Below the pieces are notes generated by a model that did no database searches, was not told the origin of the DNA, and worked only from the letters and a program-made list of their open reading frames with translations. Below are positions 29,529-38,201 of a stretch of DNA of 64,000 nucleotides, in pieces (the stretch's first letter is position 1; the number at the start of each line of letters is the position of its first letter). Where the stretch lies: the NCBI GenBank assembly GCA_009839615.1, contig VXPH01000008.1:10949-74948 (forward strand), given 5' to 3'. Both the position numbers and the translations under genes were made by a program. The DNA is from Nitrospinota bacterium (lineage in GTDB: Bacteria; UBA8248).

Positions 29529-30545
29529 CTACACGTCCAGCTTGTAGAGCTTCTTCACGTTCCCGTAGAGCATCTGCTCCTGCTCCTCCGCCGAGAAGCG
29601 CGAAAGCCCCGGGATATCCTTGGCCCCGGCCAGGTAGCCCATGTCGAAGGGATAGTCGGTGCCGTAGAGTATCCGGTCCACGCCGAGCGTCTTCACGGCG
29701 AACTCGAACGAATCCGCGTTGTGGATGATGGTGTCGTAATAAATCTTGCCGAAATACTGCTCGGGGTCCTTAGCACCATGCACCTTGGGTTCCCTGCGCT
29801 CGCCGTAGCCGTGCTGCCAGCGGCCTCTAATCCAGGGCGTGAAGCCGCCCACGTGCGAGACCAGGAACTTGATGTTCGGGAAGCGGTCGAACACGCCGCC
29901 GAAGATGAGGCAGGCGATGGATATCGTCGTGTCGAGCGGGTTGCCGATGAAGTTTCTGAGGTAATAGTCCTTGAGCCTGTCGTTGACCCCCATGACGTCC
30001 ACCGGGTGAATGAAGATCGGCACGTCGTGCTCGCACGCTTTGGCCCAGACGACGTCGAGCGCGGGGTCGTCGAGGTTCTTCCCCGCCACGTTCGAGCCGA
30101 TCTGACAGCCCAGATGACCGTTCTTCACCGCGCGGTCGAGTTCGGCCGCCGCGGCTTCTGGGTCCTGGAGCGGGATCTGCGCCATGCACAGGAAGCGATC
30201 GGGGTGTTCTTTCGTGAGCGCGGTGAGCGCATCGTTCAGCGATGCGGAGAGCTCCCTGTTGAGCCCTGCATCGAGCGCATAGTGCGTCATGGGCGGAACG
30301 ACTGAGAGTATCTGGATATCCACGTTCTGGTTGTTCGCCATGTCGCTCAGGCGCATCTCGACGTCGTAGGTTTCCTTCGGCAGCGGGTTCTTGTGAATCC
30401 GCTCCTCGCCGAGGACGGTGTTTTTCGTGACGAGTTGTTCCCACGGGTCGCCCGCTTCGATGGTGACGGCGTCGCCGAAGCGGCCCTGGCGTACGTCTTC
30501 GATGAAACTCTCGGGAGCGATGTGGGCATGGGGGTCGATGATCAC
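29529..30545 (-). CDS. amidohydrolase-2 family, copy 1 (tandem paralog of 28426-29442)
   Basis: 338 aa, GTG start with AAGGAG SD. About 65% identity to the neighbouring copy, visible also at nucleotide level (e.g. 28620-28680 vs 29700-29760). Confidence 0.8.
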   Translation of the reverse strand: MIIDPHAHIAPESFIEDVRQGRFGDAVTIEAGDPWEQLVTKNTVLGEERIHKNPLPKETYDVEMRLSDMANNQNVDIQILSVVPPMTHYALDAGLNRELSASLNDALTALTKEHPDRFLCMAQIPLQDPEAAAAELDRAVKNGHLGCQIGSNVAGKNLDDPALDVVWAKACEHDVPIFIHPVDVMGVNDRLKDYYLRNFIGNPLDTTISIACLIFGGVFDRFPNIKFLVSHVGGFTPWIRGRWQHGYGERREPKVHGAKDPEQYFGKIYYDTIIHNADSFEFAVKTLGVDRILYGTDYPFDMGYLAGAKDIPGLSRFSAEEQEQMLYGNVKKLYKLDV

Positions 30546-30671
30546 CTGGACTTCTCCTTATCGGTGCGTGAATGAGGAAAACCTGATTTCAGAAAATAGA
30601 TTCTCGGAAATTTCGAGGGGCGATTATGCACACTTTGCCGCCGCCGCGCCAGAGCGCGCGGCCTCGCGCCG

Positions 30672-31901
30672 TCAAAACGCCTTGTCGATCACGATGCGCA
30701 CATTCCGCTGCCCCACCCTCACCGGCTGCGCCGTGCGGCCCTCGAGATCGCCTGCGCCCGCAGGCCCCGCCGAGCCGTCCGCGTCGAGGCGCGCCGAGAG
30801 CGTTACCACCCCCTCGAAGGGGACGCCGGGAATCATCACGTTCCTCTTCGATATCTCGAACGCCAGCGGGAAGCGGGGGTTCGCCACGCGCACGACCGCC
30901 AGCGGGGGGCCTCCGCCGCCCTTGCGCGCGATCAGGAACAAGACGGGCTTGCCTTCGGCCTTGTCCCGCAAGGCGGGGGCAACCTCGATAACGCCCGAGA
31001 TCACGTCTTCAGCCCCTTGCGTCTGCGCGGGCCTTTGCGCGGCTTCGCCTTTCGCTTCTTGCGAGAGAACGATCTCAATGTCTTTAGCACCCACCTGCAC
31101 AGGCCCGCGCGCGCCGCCGAAAATATCACCCGGTTCGGTCCCGACCTTTCCGTCCCCGTCGAGCTTGGCGACGAGGCGGACTTCCCCTTCGAACGCCACC
31201 CCCTGCAACATGACGTTTTGCTCGCTCATGGTGAACTCCAGGGGAAAGGCGGGGTTCAGGATGCGCATGACCGCCAGGGGCGGGCCGGGCTGTTTCCCGC
31301 GCGCGATGATGAAAATCGCCGCCTTGCCCTTCGCCTTTTCCTTGAGATTGGGCGCGACGCGCACCACGCCGCGAATCGTCTTGCCGCTCCCGGCCGATGG
31401 CTTCGGCTCTGGAGGCTGAGCGGGTTTTGGGGGAGATTTTTTCGCCACTTTCGGCGGAGGGGCGGTTCCGATTTGATCGATCACCACGTCCACGTTCTCA
31501 GCGCCCACGGAAACCAGGCCTGCCGCCCTTCCCTCGAAATCGCCTCTGACCAGCGGCCCCGGAACGCCGTCCGCATCGAGGCGGGCGCGCACGCGGACGC
31601 GGCCCGCGAACTTTTGCCCGCGCATCATCATGTCGTCTTTGGTGATCACGTATTTGTAGGGAAACCGCGTCTCCACCAGGCGCTGCACGGCCAGCGGCAG
31701 CCCCCCTTCTTCGGGTTCCACGATGATGAAGAGCGTGCGCGTTCGCCACGCCTTTACGGGCAGATTTGCGCTCATTCTTATGGTGCCCGAGACGGATTCC
31801 TTCGGCGGGCCGAGTTCGGGGAGGAGATCGCAACCGCTCAGAATCACGGAGAGACAAACCGCCGAGAGAGCGGCGCAAGGATTTTTGAATATGCGCTTCA
31901 T
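30672..31901 (-). CDS. lipoprotein with three tandem ~105-aa repeats of an uncharacterised domain
   Basis: 409 aa; signal peptide with lipobox LSGC. Three repeats share the pattern G.I/V..AP.L..KA.GK..LFIIAR....GPPLAV.R..NP.FPL.F......VM..G..FEG.V.L.ARLDADG..GP...GD.EG....PV.VG..NV.IVID. Confidence 0.7.
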   Translation of the reverse strand: MKRIFKNPCAALSAVCLSVILSGCDLLPELGPPKESVSGTIRMSANLPVKAWRTRTLFIIVEPEEGGLPLAVQRLVETRFPYKYVITKDDMMMRGQKFAGRVRVRARLDADGVPGPLVRGDFEGRAAGLVSVGAENVDVVIDQIGTAPPPKVAKKSPPKPAQPPEPKPSAGSGKTIRGVVRVAPNLKEKAKGKAAIFIIARGKQPGPPLAVMRILNPAFPLEFTMSEQNVMLQGVAFEGEVRLVAKLDGDGKVGTEPGDIFGGARGPVQVGAKDIEIVLSQEAKGEAAQRPAQTQGAEDVISGVIEVAPALRDKAEGKPVLFLIARKGGGGPPLAVVRVANPRFPLAFEISKRNVMIPGVPFEGVVTLSARLDADGSAGPAGAGDLEGRTAQPVRVGQRNVRIVIDKAF

Positions 31902-32833
31902 GGACTTACCCGTGGTGAATTCGCCCGCAGAAAAGCTTCCACCTCGCTCAGGCGGGGAAGCGCGGCCCTTCCCCCGAGGGCGGCACAGTTCATCGCGGCG
32001 ACCGCGTTTGCGAAGCGCAACGTATCCTCAAGACTCATCTTGCGCAATACGCCGTACAGGAATCCGCCATGAAACGTATCGCCCGCCCCCGTGGTGTCGA
32101 GAACATCCACATGAAAGCCCGGCGATTCGTAAAACCGCGTCCCGTCGAATGCGAGCGCGCCGCGCGCGCCCAGGGTGACGCCCGCCACCTCGGGTCCCAT
32201 CGCATGGAGCCGGCGCAGGGCTTCGCGGTGCTCGGAAACGCCGGTGAGGAGAACGGGAAAATCTTCCGCCGCCATCAGGTAATCCGTGAGGCTTATCAGG
32301 TCTTCGATCCCATCAGGCGCGCGCTCGGCATCCAGGAACACGGGCGTGCCCTCCTCGCGCGCCCACCGCGCGGCTGTGATTTCCGCCTCGACGTGATGAC
32401 CATCCAGATGCAGGGCGCGGCCCGCGCGCACGATGGCCTCACGAACATCCGCAGAGGCCAGGGAAACCTCGCGCCGCCAGAGTATCGTCCGCGAGCCTTT
32501 CTCCTCCCCGTCGCCTTCTTGCTGCACGATGATGAGGGCGAACTGGCTCGCGCGTCCTTGTTGCGTGACGACGCCTTCCACGTTCACGCCCTCGGCTTCC
32601 AGACTCGCAAGGGAAAACGCGCCCGCCTCATCGTCGCCCACCGCGCCGATGTAGGCTGCGCGCATACCCAAACGCGCCAGCGCCGCCATGGCCGTCGCTG
32701 CCTGCCCGCCGCCTGCGCGCGCCATCTCTAGAACTCCGCTCTTGGTGTTCGGTTTCGGGTATTCGCGCACCACGCAGAACTGATCCGCCGAGTTCAGGCC
32801 GATTCCCACGGCGTCGAATTTTTTCTGCGGCAT
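31898..32833 (-). CDS. PfkB-family carbohydrate/nucleoside kinase (ribokinase-like)
   Basis: 311 aa; GG motif GAVGDDEAG and C-terminal PfkB signature DTTGAGDTFHGGFLYG. ATGA overlap with the downstream lipoprotein gene. Confidence 0.82.
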   Translation of the reverse strand: MPQKKFDAVGIGLNSADQFCVVREYPKPNTKSGVLEMARAGGGQAATAMAALARLGMRAAYIGAVGDDEAGAFSLASLEAEGVNVEGVVTQQGRASQFALIIVQQEGDGEEKGSRTILWRREVSLASADVREAIVRAGRALHLDGHHVEAEITAARWAREEGTPVFLDAERAPDGIEDLISLTDYLMAAEDFPVLLTGVSEHREALRRLHAMGPEVAGVTLGARGALAFDGTRFYESPGFHVDVLDTTGAGDTFHGGFLYGVLRKMSLEDTLRFANAVAAMNCAALGGRAALPRLSEVEAFLRANSPRVSP

Positions 32834-32849
32834 GTAAAGAGCTTCCGTT

Positions 32850-33602
32850 TCAGACGAATTCGCGCAGGCGGATGCCTTCGGGGTCTGCGGCTTCGAGTGC
32901 TGTACGCTCGGCCGGGGTGGGTTCGGGCGTGGCGGGAGTGTGTTCCAGATCGCCCAGGTCGAATCCCGTGGCCGCGCGCAAGGCGTCCGGCGTTACGCCC
33001 TGGTGAATCGAATTGACCCGCAGGCGACCGTCCGCCTTCTCAAAAATGCACAAGGGGGTCACTACCGCCTCCACGTTGCCGGAAGCCGTCACGAAGTCGC
33101 ATCGTTCGGGAAAACTCCTCGCGTCGTGCGCCGTCCGCCAGAGAACCGTCCGCCCGGCCGTGGGCAGAATATGCGCGCTGCCCGCGCCGCCCGGAAGGCG
33201 CACTTTGGGCGCAGCCGGATCTCCGATGAAGGAGAGGTTCATGTCGCCGCGCGCGTCGATTTGCGCGCCTCCCAGAAACGCCAGGTCGAGCTTGCCCCGG
33301 GCGGATAAATCAAAAATTTCCGTGAGGGTGAAATACGAAAGCGCGCCCTCCATGAGCTGCCGCGCCACGGTGGAGCCGGGAAGATAAGGGGGTTTGGGGT
33401 CTACGCCGCCCGGTATGTTCAGATAGGTCAGGTTCGGCGCATGGGTGTTCCGCGCCATGACGATGGCCGCCATCGGAAGCGGAGAAGCCACGCCGTGGAA
33501 CACGAGTTCCCCATCGCGGATGAATCTCGACAAAAAAACCGCCATCCTGTCCGCGGTGGCGCGCACCTCCTCGGACACGCCCTCGCGCAAGGCGACGCTC
33601 AT
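32850..33602 (-). CDS. CoA-transferase subunit B (glutaconate CoA-transferase GctB-like)
   Basis: 250 aa; family-I CoA-transferase beta-subunit pattern (TYLNIPGGVD, LAFLGGAQIDARGDMN). 4-nt overlap with subunit A. Confidence 0.7.
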   Translation of the reverse strand: MSVALREGVSEEVRATADRMAVFLSRFIRDGELVFHGVASPLPMAAIVMARNTHAPNLTYLNIPGGVDPKPPYLPGSTVARQLMEGALSYFTLTEIFDLSARGKLDLAFLGGAQIDARGDMNLSFIGDPAAPKVRLPGGAGSAHILPTAGRTVLWRTAHDARSFPERCDFVTASGNVEAVVTPLCIFEKADGRLRVNSIHQGVTPDALRAATGFDLGDLEHTPATPEPTPAERTALEAADPEGIRLREFV

Positions 33603-34441
33603 GCAACGCTCCCCGACGCCGCCGCGCTGCCCGCATGGTCCCGCTCCACCCAGGAATCCAGATGCGTTTGCAGTGATTCAGCACTTGACGCCGAATCGAG
33701 ATACGCGCCCACCGCGTCCTCGTCGATGTCGTAAAACGGATGGCATCCCCCGGGCCGCGCGCCTCCCGGCGCGTGAACCACCGCCTGCACCATGAAGGCG
33801 GGAATCGCCGTTCTGTCGGGTTTTTCGACGAAAAACGCCGTTTCCTCGATGTGCTCCGCCGTTAGAATCACCGACTCGGCCGCACGGGACATCAGCACGT
33901 CCTCGAACGCGCCACCCTCTATCCGCGCGTTTCCTTCCGCATCGGCGTACGCCACGTGGAGAACGGCAAATTTGGGCCTGATTCCGGGAACCATATAGAC
34001 CGGCTCGCCCGTGTAGGGGTCCTTCACCTGCCGGAAACCCGTATGCGCCGCCACGTCGCTCCCCTCCAGACCCGCCACGGGCTGGCTCGGCAAACCATAC
34101 GCAGAGGCCCTCAGACCCGCAATGACGGTGGAGCAGGCGTGCTCGACCGCCTGCACGCGGCCTTCCTCCACACCCCGGCGGTAGGATGGCGCCAGGCCGA
34201 AAAGGTTTTCGAACCCCACGTAGCCCGTCTGTGTCTGCGCCACGGCCCCCGCCGCGCAGAGCAAATCGACGTCATAGGCGCCGGCCGTCTTCACGAGACA
34301 CAAATTCTCTCGCCGCTGGCGGGCGAGTTCCCGGACGAAGGCGGCGGGAATCCTCGTGAGCGCGTTTCCGCCCAGGGCGAGCAAATCCCCATCCTGCACC
34401 AGGGCCGCCGCTTGCGTGAGAGAGATGATTTTGCCTGACAT
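33599..34441 (-). CDS. CoA-transferase subunit A (GctA-like)
   Basis: ~280 aa from MSGKIISLTQ (GAGGAGG SD); LALGGNALTRIPAAFVREL family-I alpha pattern. The upstream part of ORF 33599-34585 is unsupported. Confidence 0.7.
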   Translation of the reverse strand: MSGKIISLTQAAALVQDGDLLALGGNALTRIPAAFVRELARQRRENLCLVKTAGAYDVDLLCAAGAVAQTQTGYVGFENLFGLAPSYRRGVEEGRVQAVEHACSTVIAGLRASAYGLPSQPVAGLEGSDVAAHTGFRQVKDPYTGEPVYMVPGIRPKFAVLHVAYADAEGNARIEGGAFEDVLMSRAAESVILTAEHIEETAFFVEKPDRTAIPAFMVQAVVHAPGGARPGGCHPFYDIDEDAVGAYLDSASSAESLQTHLDSWVERDHAGSAAASGSVA

Positions 34442-34701
34442 CGATTCCTCCTCGTCGAGATTACCAGAACTCCGATTATCCCCCAGAGGCGCACACCCCT
34501 CAAGGCGGACGAGCCGACGCGTCGAGAAATAGACGCATAAGCGCTTGAATTTTTTTGAAAAATTCCGATTTTTCCCATTTGACAAGAATATCCATATTTT
34601 CTAGGCTTGATAGTAATTCTAGGGCGATGAAGGGCCTCCCCGCCCGTGGGCTCGTGAAATTGCCCGGTAATGACCGCTCAGTCCGCCCATCCGGGGTGAG
34701 C

Positions 34702-35631
34702 ATGAATCCCCCAGAAAATACGCCATCACCAGAAGGCTCGGCTCCGCCTTCAGAGGCGATCGACTTCGCCGATCTGCCCTGGGGCAGCGATATGTCCGCG
34801 GGAAATCCCGATAACTGGGAAATCCTGAAGACCGCTCCTGCGTCCGAGAAGGATTCCCCCGAGGGCCGGGAGTCCGCCTCCGGGGCTTCGGATGATTCCG
34901 AGCGATTCAACATCAAAATCGACGTCTTCGAAGGCCCCCTCGAACTCCTGCTTCACCTGGTGCGCGAGCACAAGCTGGATATCCACGACATTCCGGTCGC
35001 CTTCATCACGGATCAATACCTGAAATACGTGGAACTGCTCAAAAAGCTGAACATCAACCTGGCGTCGGAATACCTCGTCATGGCCTCTTACCTGGTCTAC
35101 ATCAAGAGCAGAACCCTTCTGCCCCGGACCGAGGACGACGCGGAAGAGGAAGACCCCGAAGTCCTGCGCCAGGAACTCCAGCGCCAGCTCATCGAGTACC
35201 AGAAGTTCAAGAAAATCTCTCAGGTGTTCCGCCATGCCGAGGAGGAGCAATCCTGGCTCTATTCGCGGGGCGCCGACCCCCTCCTTTTGGAAGATGACGA
35301 GGAAGAAGAAGCACCCAAGCTGCAGGTCACGGTGTTCGATCTCATCAGCGCCATGCAGCACCTCATCGAATCCATCGGGGAGGAGGGCGTGCACCTCGTG
35401 GACATCGACGAGCTCGAAGTTGCCGACATGAGAACCATGCTCATGGATACCCTGGAGGACGCAGGCGGGAACGGAGTGCTCTTCCACTCGTTGTTCCAGA
35501 CGAGGCGCGTGCTCGAAGTGGTGGCCATATTCCTGGCGCTTCTGGAGCTCATCAAGGGAAATCTTGTCGTGGCGCAACAGGCGTCCAATTTCGGTGAAAT
35601 CCGAATTACAAAGGCGGTGCGTGATGAATGA
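34702..35631 (+). CDS. scpA: segregation and condensation protein A
   Basis: FEGPLELLLHLVREHKLDIHDIPVAFITDQYL ScpA signature. Start uncertain (34702, or 34792 with a short N-terminus); weak SDs. Acidic Ser/Pro-rich N-terminal extension. Confidence 0.85.
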   Translation: MNPPENTPSPEGSAPPSEAIDFADLPWGSDMSAGNPDNWEILKTAPASEKDSPEGRESASGASDDSERFNIKIDVFEGPLELLLHLVREHKLDIHDIPVAFITDQYLKYVELLKKLNINLASEYLVMASYLVYIKSRTLLPRTEDDAEEEDPEVLRQELQRQLIEYQKFKKISQVFRHAEEEQSWLYSRGADPLLLEDDEEEEAPKLQVTVFDLISAMQHLIESIGEEGVHLVDIDELEVADMRTMLMDTLEDAGGNGVLFHSLFQTRRVLEVVAIFLALLELIKGNLVVAQQASNFGEIRITKAVRDE

Positions 35632-36556
35632 CCCCCAAGCAGAAAACCTGGAAACAGCGCGGGCGGAAACGGAAGTTCCCTTCGAGCTCGCTGAAGACGG
35701 TGCGTCGTCCCCGGACGCCGCGGCCAGGGCGCTGGCGGAACACCAGTTGGAGGCCATGGAGGAGCCTCGCCAGGAGACGCTCTTCGAGATTGAGGAACCG
35801 CAGGAAGGCGTCGAGATTGCCGAAGACGCGCCCGATGAGGAGGAAACCGGGGAGATCGACAAGAACGCGCCGCTCGTCATGGATCTGGACGAGGCGAAAC
35901 GAATCGTCGAATCCATCCTCTTCGTCGCGAGCGAACCGCTCAGACCGCGGGACATCTCTTTTCTGTTCAAGGGCGTCTCCAACGTGAACGTCAAGGTCGT
36001 CCGAAAACTCCTGGGCGAACTGGTCGAAGAATATGGCGATAAAACCCTGCAGATCATCGAAGTGGCCGAGGGCTTTCGCCTTTGCACGCGGGCGGAATTC
36101 TCCCCCTGGGTGAAGCGCTTCTCCAGGAGGGAGAGAAAAACCAAACTATCCCAGGCGGCGCTCGAAACGCTGGCCATCCTTGCCTACAAGCAACCCATTA
36201 CCAAAGCGGAGATCGAGGAGATAAGACGCGTGGATTGCGGCGGCGTGCTGCATACCCTGCTCGAGCGCGGCCTCATCCGCATCCTCGGGCGGCGGGACGT
36301 CGTGGGCCGGCCTATCGTCTACGGCACCACGCCCCTGTTCCTGGAGCATTTCGGCTTCAAAAGCCTCTCGGACATGCCAAAACCCGAGGAATTCGAAACG
36401 ACCGAGCGGCTCGACTGGGAGCCTGCGGGCGGCCAAGAGGAGGTCCTCGGACTCGAAGCCGAGCCGGAGACGCCGCCGGCGAACGGTCATGCAAACGGTC
36501 ACTCGAACGGACATACGGATACAGACCCCGAAAAGAAGGCGGAGACCACCCCCTGA
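35624..36556 (+). CDS. scpB: segregation and condensation protein B
   Basis: ESILFVASEPL...ALETLAILAYKQPITKAEIEEIRRVDCGGVLHTLLERGLI ScpB winged-helix core. ATGA-type overlap with scpA. His/Asn-rich C-terminal tail. Confidence 0.88.
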   Translation: MNDPQAENLETARAETEVPFELAEDGASSPDAAARALAEHQLEAMEEPRQETLFEIEEPQEGVEIAEDAPDEEETGEIDKNAPLVMDLDEAKRIVESILFVASEPLRPRDISFLFKGVSNVNVKVVRKLLGELVEEYGDKTLQIIEVAEGFRLCTRAEFSPWVKRFSRRERKTKLSQAALETLAILAYKQPITKAEIEEIRRVDCGGVLHTLLERGLIRILGRRDVVGRPIVYGTTPLFLEHFGFKSLSDMPKPEEFETTERLDWEPAGGQEEVLGLEAEPETPPANGHANGHSNGHTDTDPEKKAETTP

Positions 36557-36585
36557 CGAGAACCCCGGAATTCTGCTACAACCCA

Positions 36586-36625
36586 AAGGAGGAGAGCCTG
36601 GGCTTTCCTCCTTTTTTCTTTCCAT
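36586..36625 (+). terminator. intrinsic terminator after scpB (AAGGAGGA-GAGCCUGGGCU-UUCCUCCUU + UUUUCUUU)
   Basis: Stem-loop followed by T-run read directly from sequence. Confidence 0.6.
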
Positions 36626-36658
36626 GCGCGGCGCCAGACAAGCCGCTTTCTCCAGGAG

Positions 36659-37609
36659 TTGAACATGCGTTTCGGCATCATGGCGACAGGAGGCGTGGGC
36701 GGCTACTTCGGCGCCATGCTGGCGAGGGGCGGTAAGGAGGTCGCATTCATCGCGCGCGGCGCGCACCTCGAAACCATGCGAAAAGACGGGCTTCGCGTGG
36801 AGAGCGTGGCACCCGGAGAATTCAGCGTGCGTGACGGGGCGTTCACGGATTCTCCGGCAGAGGCGGGCGTATGCGACGTCATCCTCTACTGCGTGAAAAC
36901 GACCGCGAACGACGCCGCCATTCCCGCCATCGCGCCCATGGTCGGCCCGGACACCGTGATCATCAACCTGCAAAACGGCGTGGATAACGAGGAGAAACTC
37001 GCAGCCGTCTACGGCGCCGATCGGGTGATGGGCGGAGCCGCCTACATATTCACCTCCATCGCGGCGCCGGGCCTCATCCGCCAGATCGGGGGACCCAGGC
37101 GAATGGTTTTTGGCGAGATGGCCGGCGGCGCAAGCGCGCGCGGCGATGCGATACTGGCCGAACTGAAAGACGCGGAAATCAACGCCGAATACTCCGGAGA
37201 CATCGAGGCGGAGCTTTGGACGAAGTTCATCTTCATCTGCGCAGTGGGGGGGATGACGGCGCTCACGCGCTCATCCATCGGCGAAATCATGGCTTACGAG
37301 GGCACACGGAACATGATGCGAGAGACGATGCGGGAGGTCTACCTCGTCGGCCGGGCCAAGGGCGTGAACCTCCCCGAGGGCGCGGATGAGGGCCGCTACC
37401 GCTTCATCGACGAGCAAAACCCGGCCAGCAAGGGCAGCCTTTGTCACGACCTCGAAGCGGGTAGACGCCTCGAGATCGACGCTTTGTGCGGTACGGTCTC
37501 CCGCATCGGGTCGCAGGTGGGCGTCGAGACGCCGTGCAACGATTTCATCTCGCACACCCTGAAACTCGCAAACCTTCAGATCGCGGGCGAGGTGAAGCCT
37601 CCATCATAA
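36659..37609 (+). CDS. panE: 2-dehydropantoate 2-reductase (ketopantoate reductase, ApbA/PanE family)
   Basis: 316 aa; N-terminal Rossmann GIMATGGVGGYFGAMLA and ApbA C-terminal domain. Confidence 0.8.
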   Translation: MNMRFGIMATGGVGGYFGAMLARGGKEVAFIARGAHLETMRKDGLRVESVAPGEFSVRDGAFTDSPAEAGVCDVILYCVKTTANDAAIPAIAPMVGPDTVIINLQNGVDNEEKLAAVYGADRVMGGAAYIFTSIAAPGLIRQIGGPRRMVFGEMAGGASARGDAILAELKDAEINAEYSGDIEAELWTKFIFICAVGGMTALTRSSIGEIMAYEGTRNMMRETMREVYLVGRAKGVNLPEGADEGRYRFIDEQNPASKGSLCHDLEAGRRLEIDALCGTVSRIGSQVGVETPCNDFISHTLKLANLQIAGEVKPPS

Positions 37610-37705
37610 GCGCGCTGTCCGCTCATATTTCACCATCAGACTGAACGTGATAGTCTTTCCGGAACCCAAGTCTCATCCACGCCGACACATGGAGATGCGC
37701 TTTCG

Positions 37706-38173
37706 ATGGCCCGAAAATACTGGCTCATGAAGAGCGAACCGGACGCATACTCGTTCGACGACCTCATGGCGGAACCCGAGCAGACCGCCTGCTGGGACGG
37801 CATCCGGAACTACCAGGCCAGAAACTTCATGATGGAGATGAAAGTAGGTGACTTCGTTCTCTTTTATCACTCGAGCACGAAGCCGCCCCACGTGGCGGGC
37901 ACCGCCCGGGTGGCGCGGGAGTCGTACCCCGATCACACTCAATACGACAAGAAGTCCAAATACTACGACCCGAAAGCCCCCGCCGACGCCCCCCGCTGGC
38001 AGATGGTCGATTTGCAGGCGATGGAAAAGCTCCCCCGGCCCGTCTCGCTGAACGAACTGAAAGAAAACCCCAAGCTCGCCGAGATGCGCGTCACCCAGCG
38101 CGGGCAGCGCCTGAGCGTCCAGCCCGTGACCAAACAGGAATTCGACGAAGTGCTGCGCATGGCGAAGAAGTAA
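37706..38173 (+). CDS. EVE (PUA-like) domain protein
   Basis: 155 aa; KYWLMKSEPDAYSFDDL...VGDFVLFYHSS..HVAGTARVARESYPD is typical of EVE-domain proteins. Confidence 0.8.
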   Translation: MARKYWLMKSEPDAYSFDDLMAEPEQTACWDGIRNYQARNFMMEMKVGDFVLFYHSSTKPPHVAGTARVARESYPDHTQYDKKSKYYDPKAPADAPRWQMVDLQAMEKLPRPVSLNELKENPKLAEMRVTQRGQRLSVQPVTKQEFDEVLRMAKK

Positions 38174-38201
38174 TTTTCGCCGCGTACAGTATGAGCGCCC
38201 C

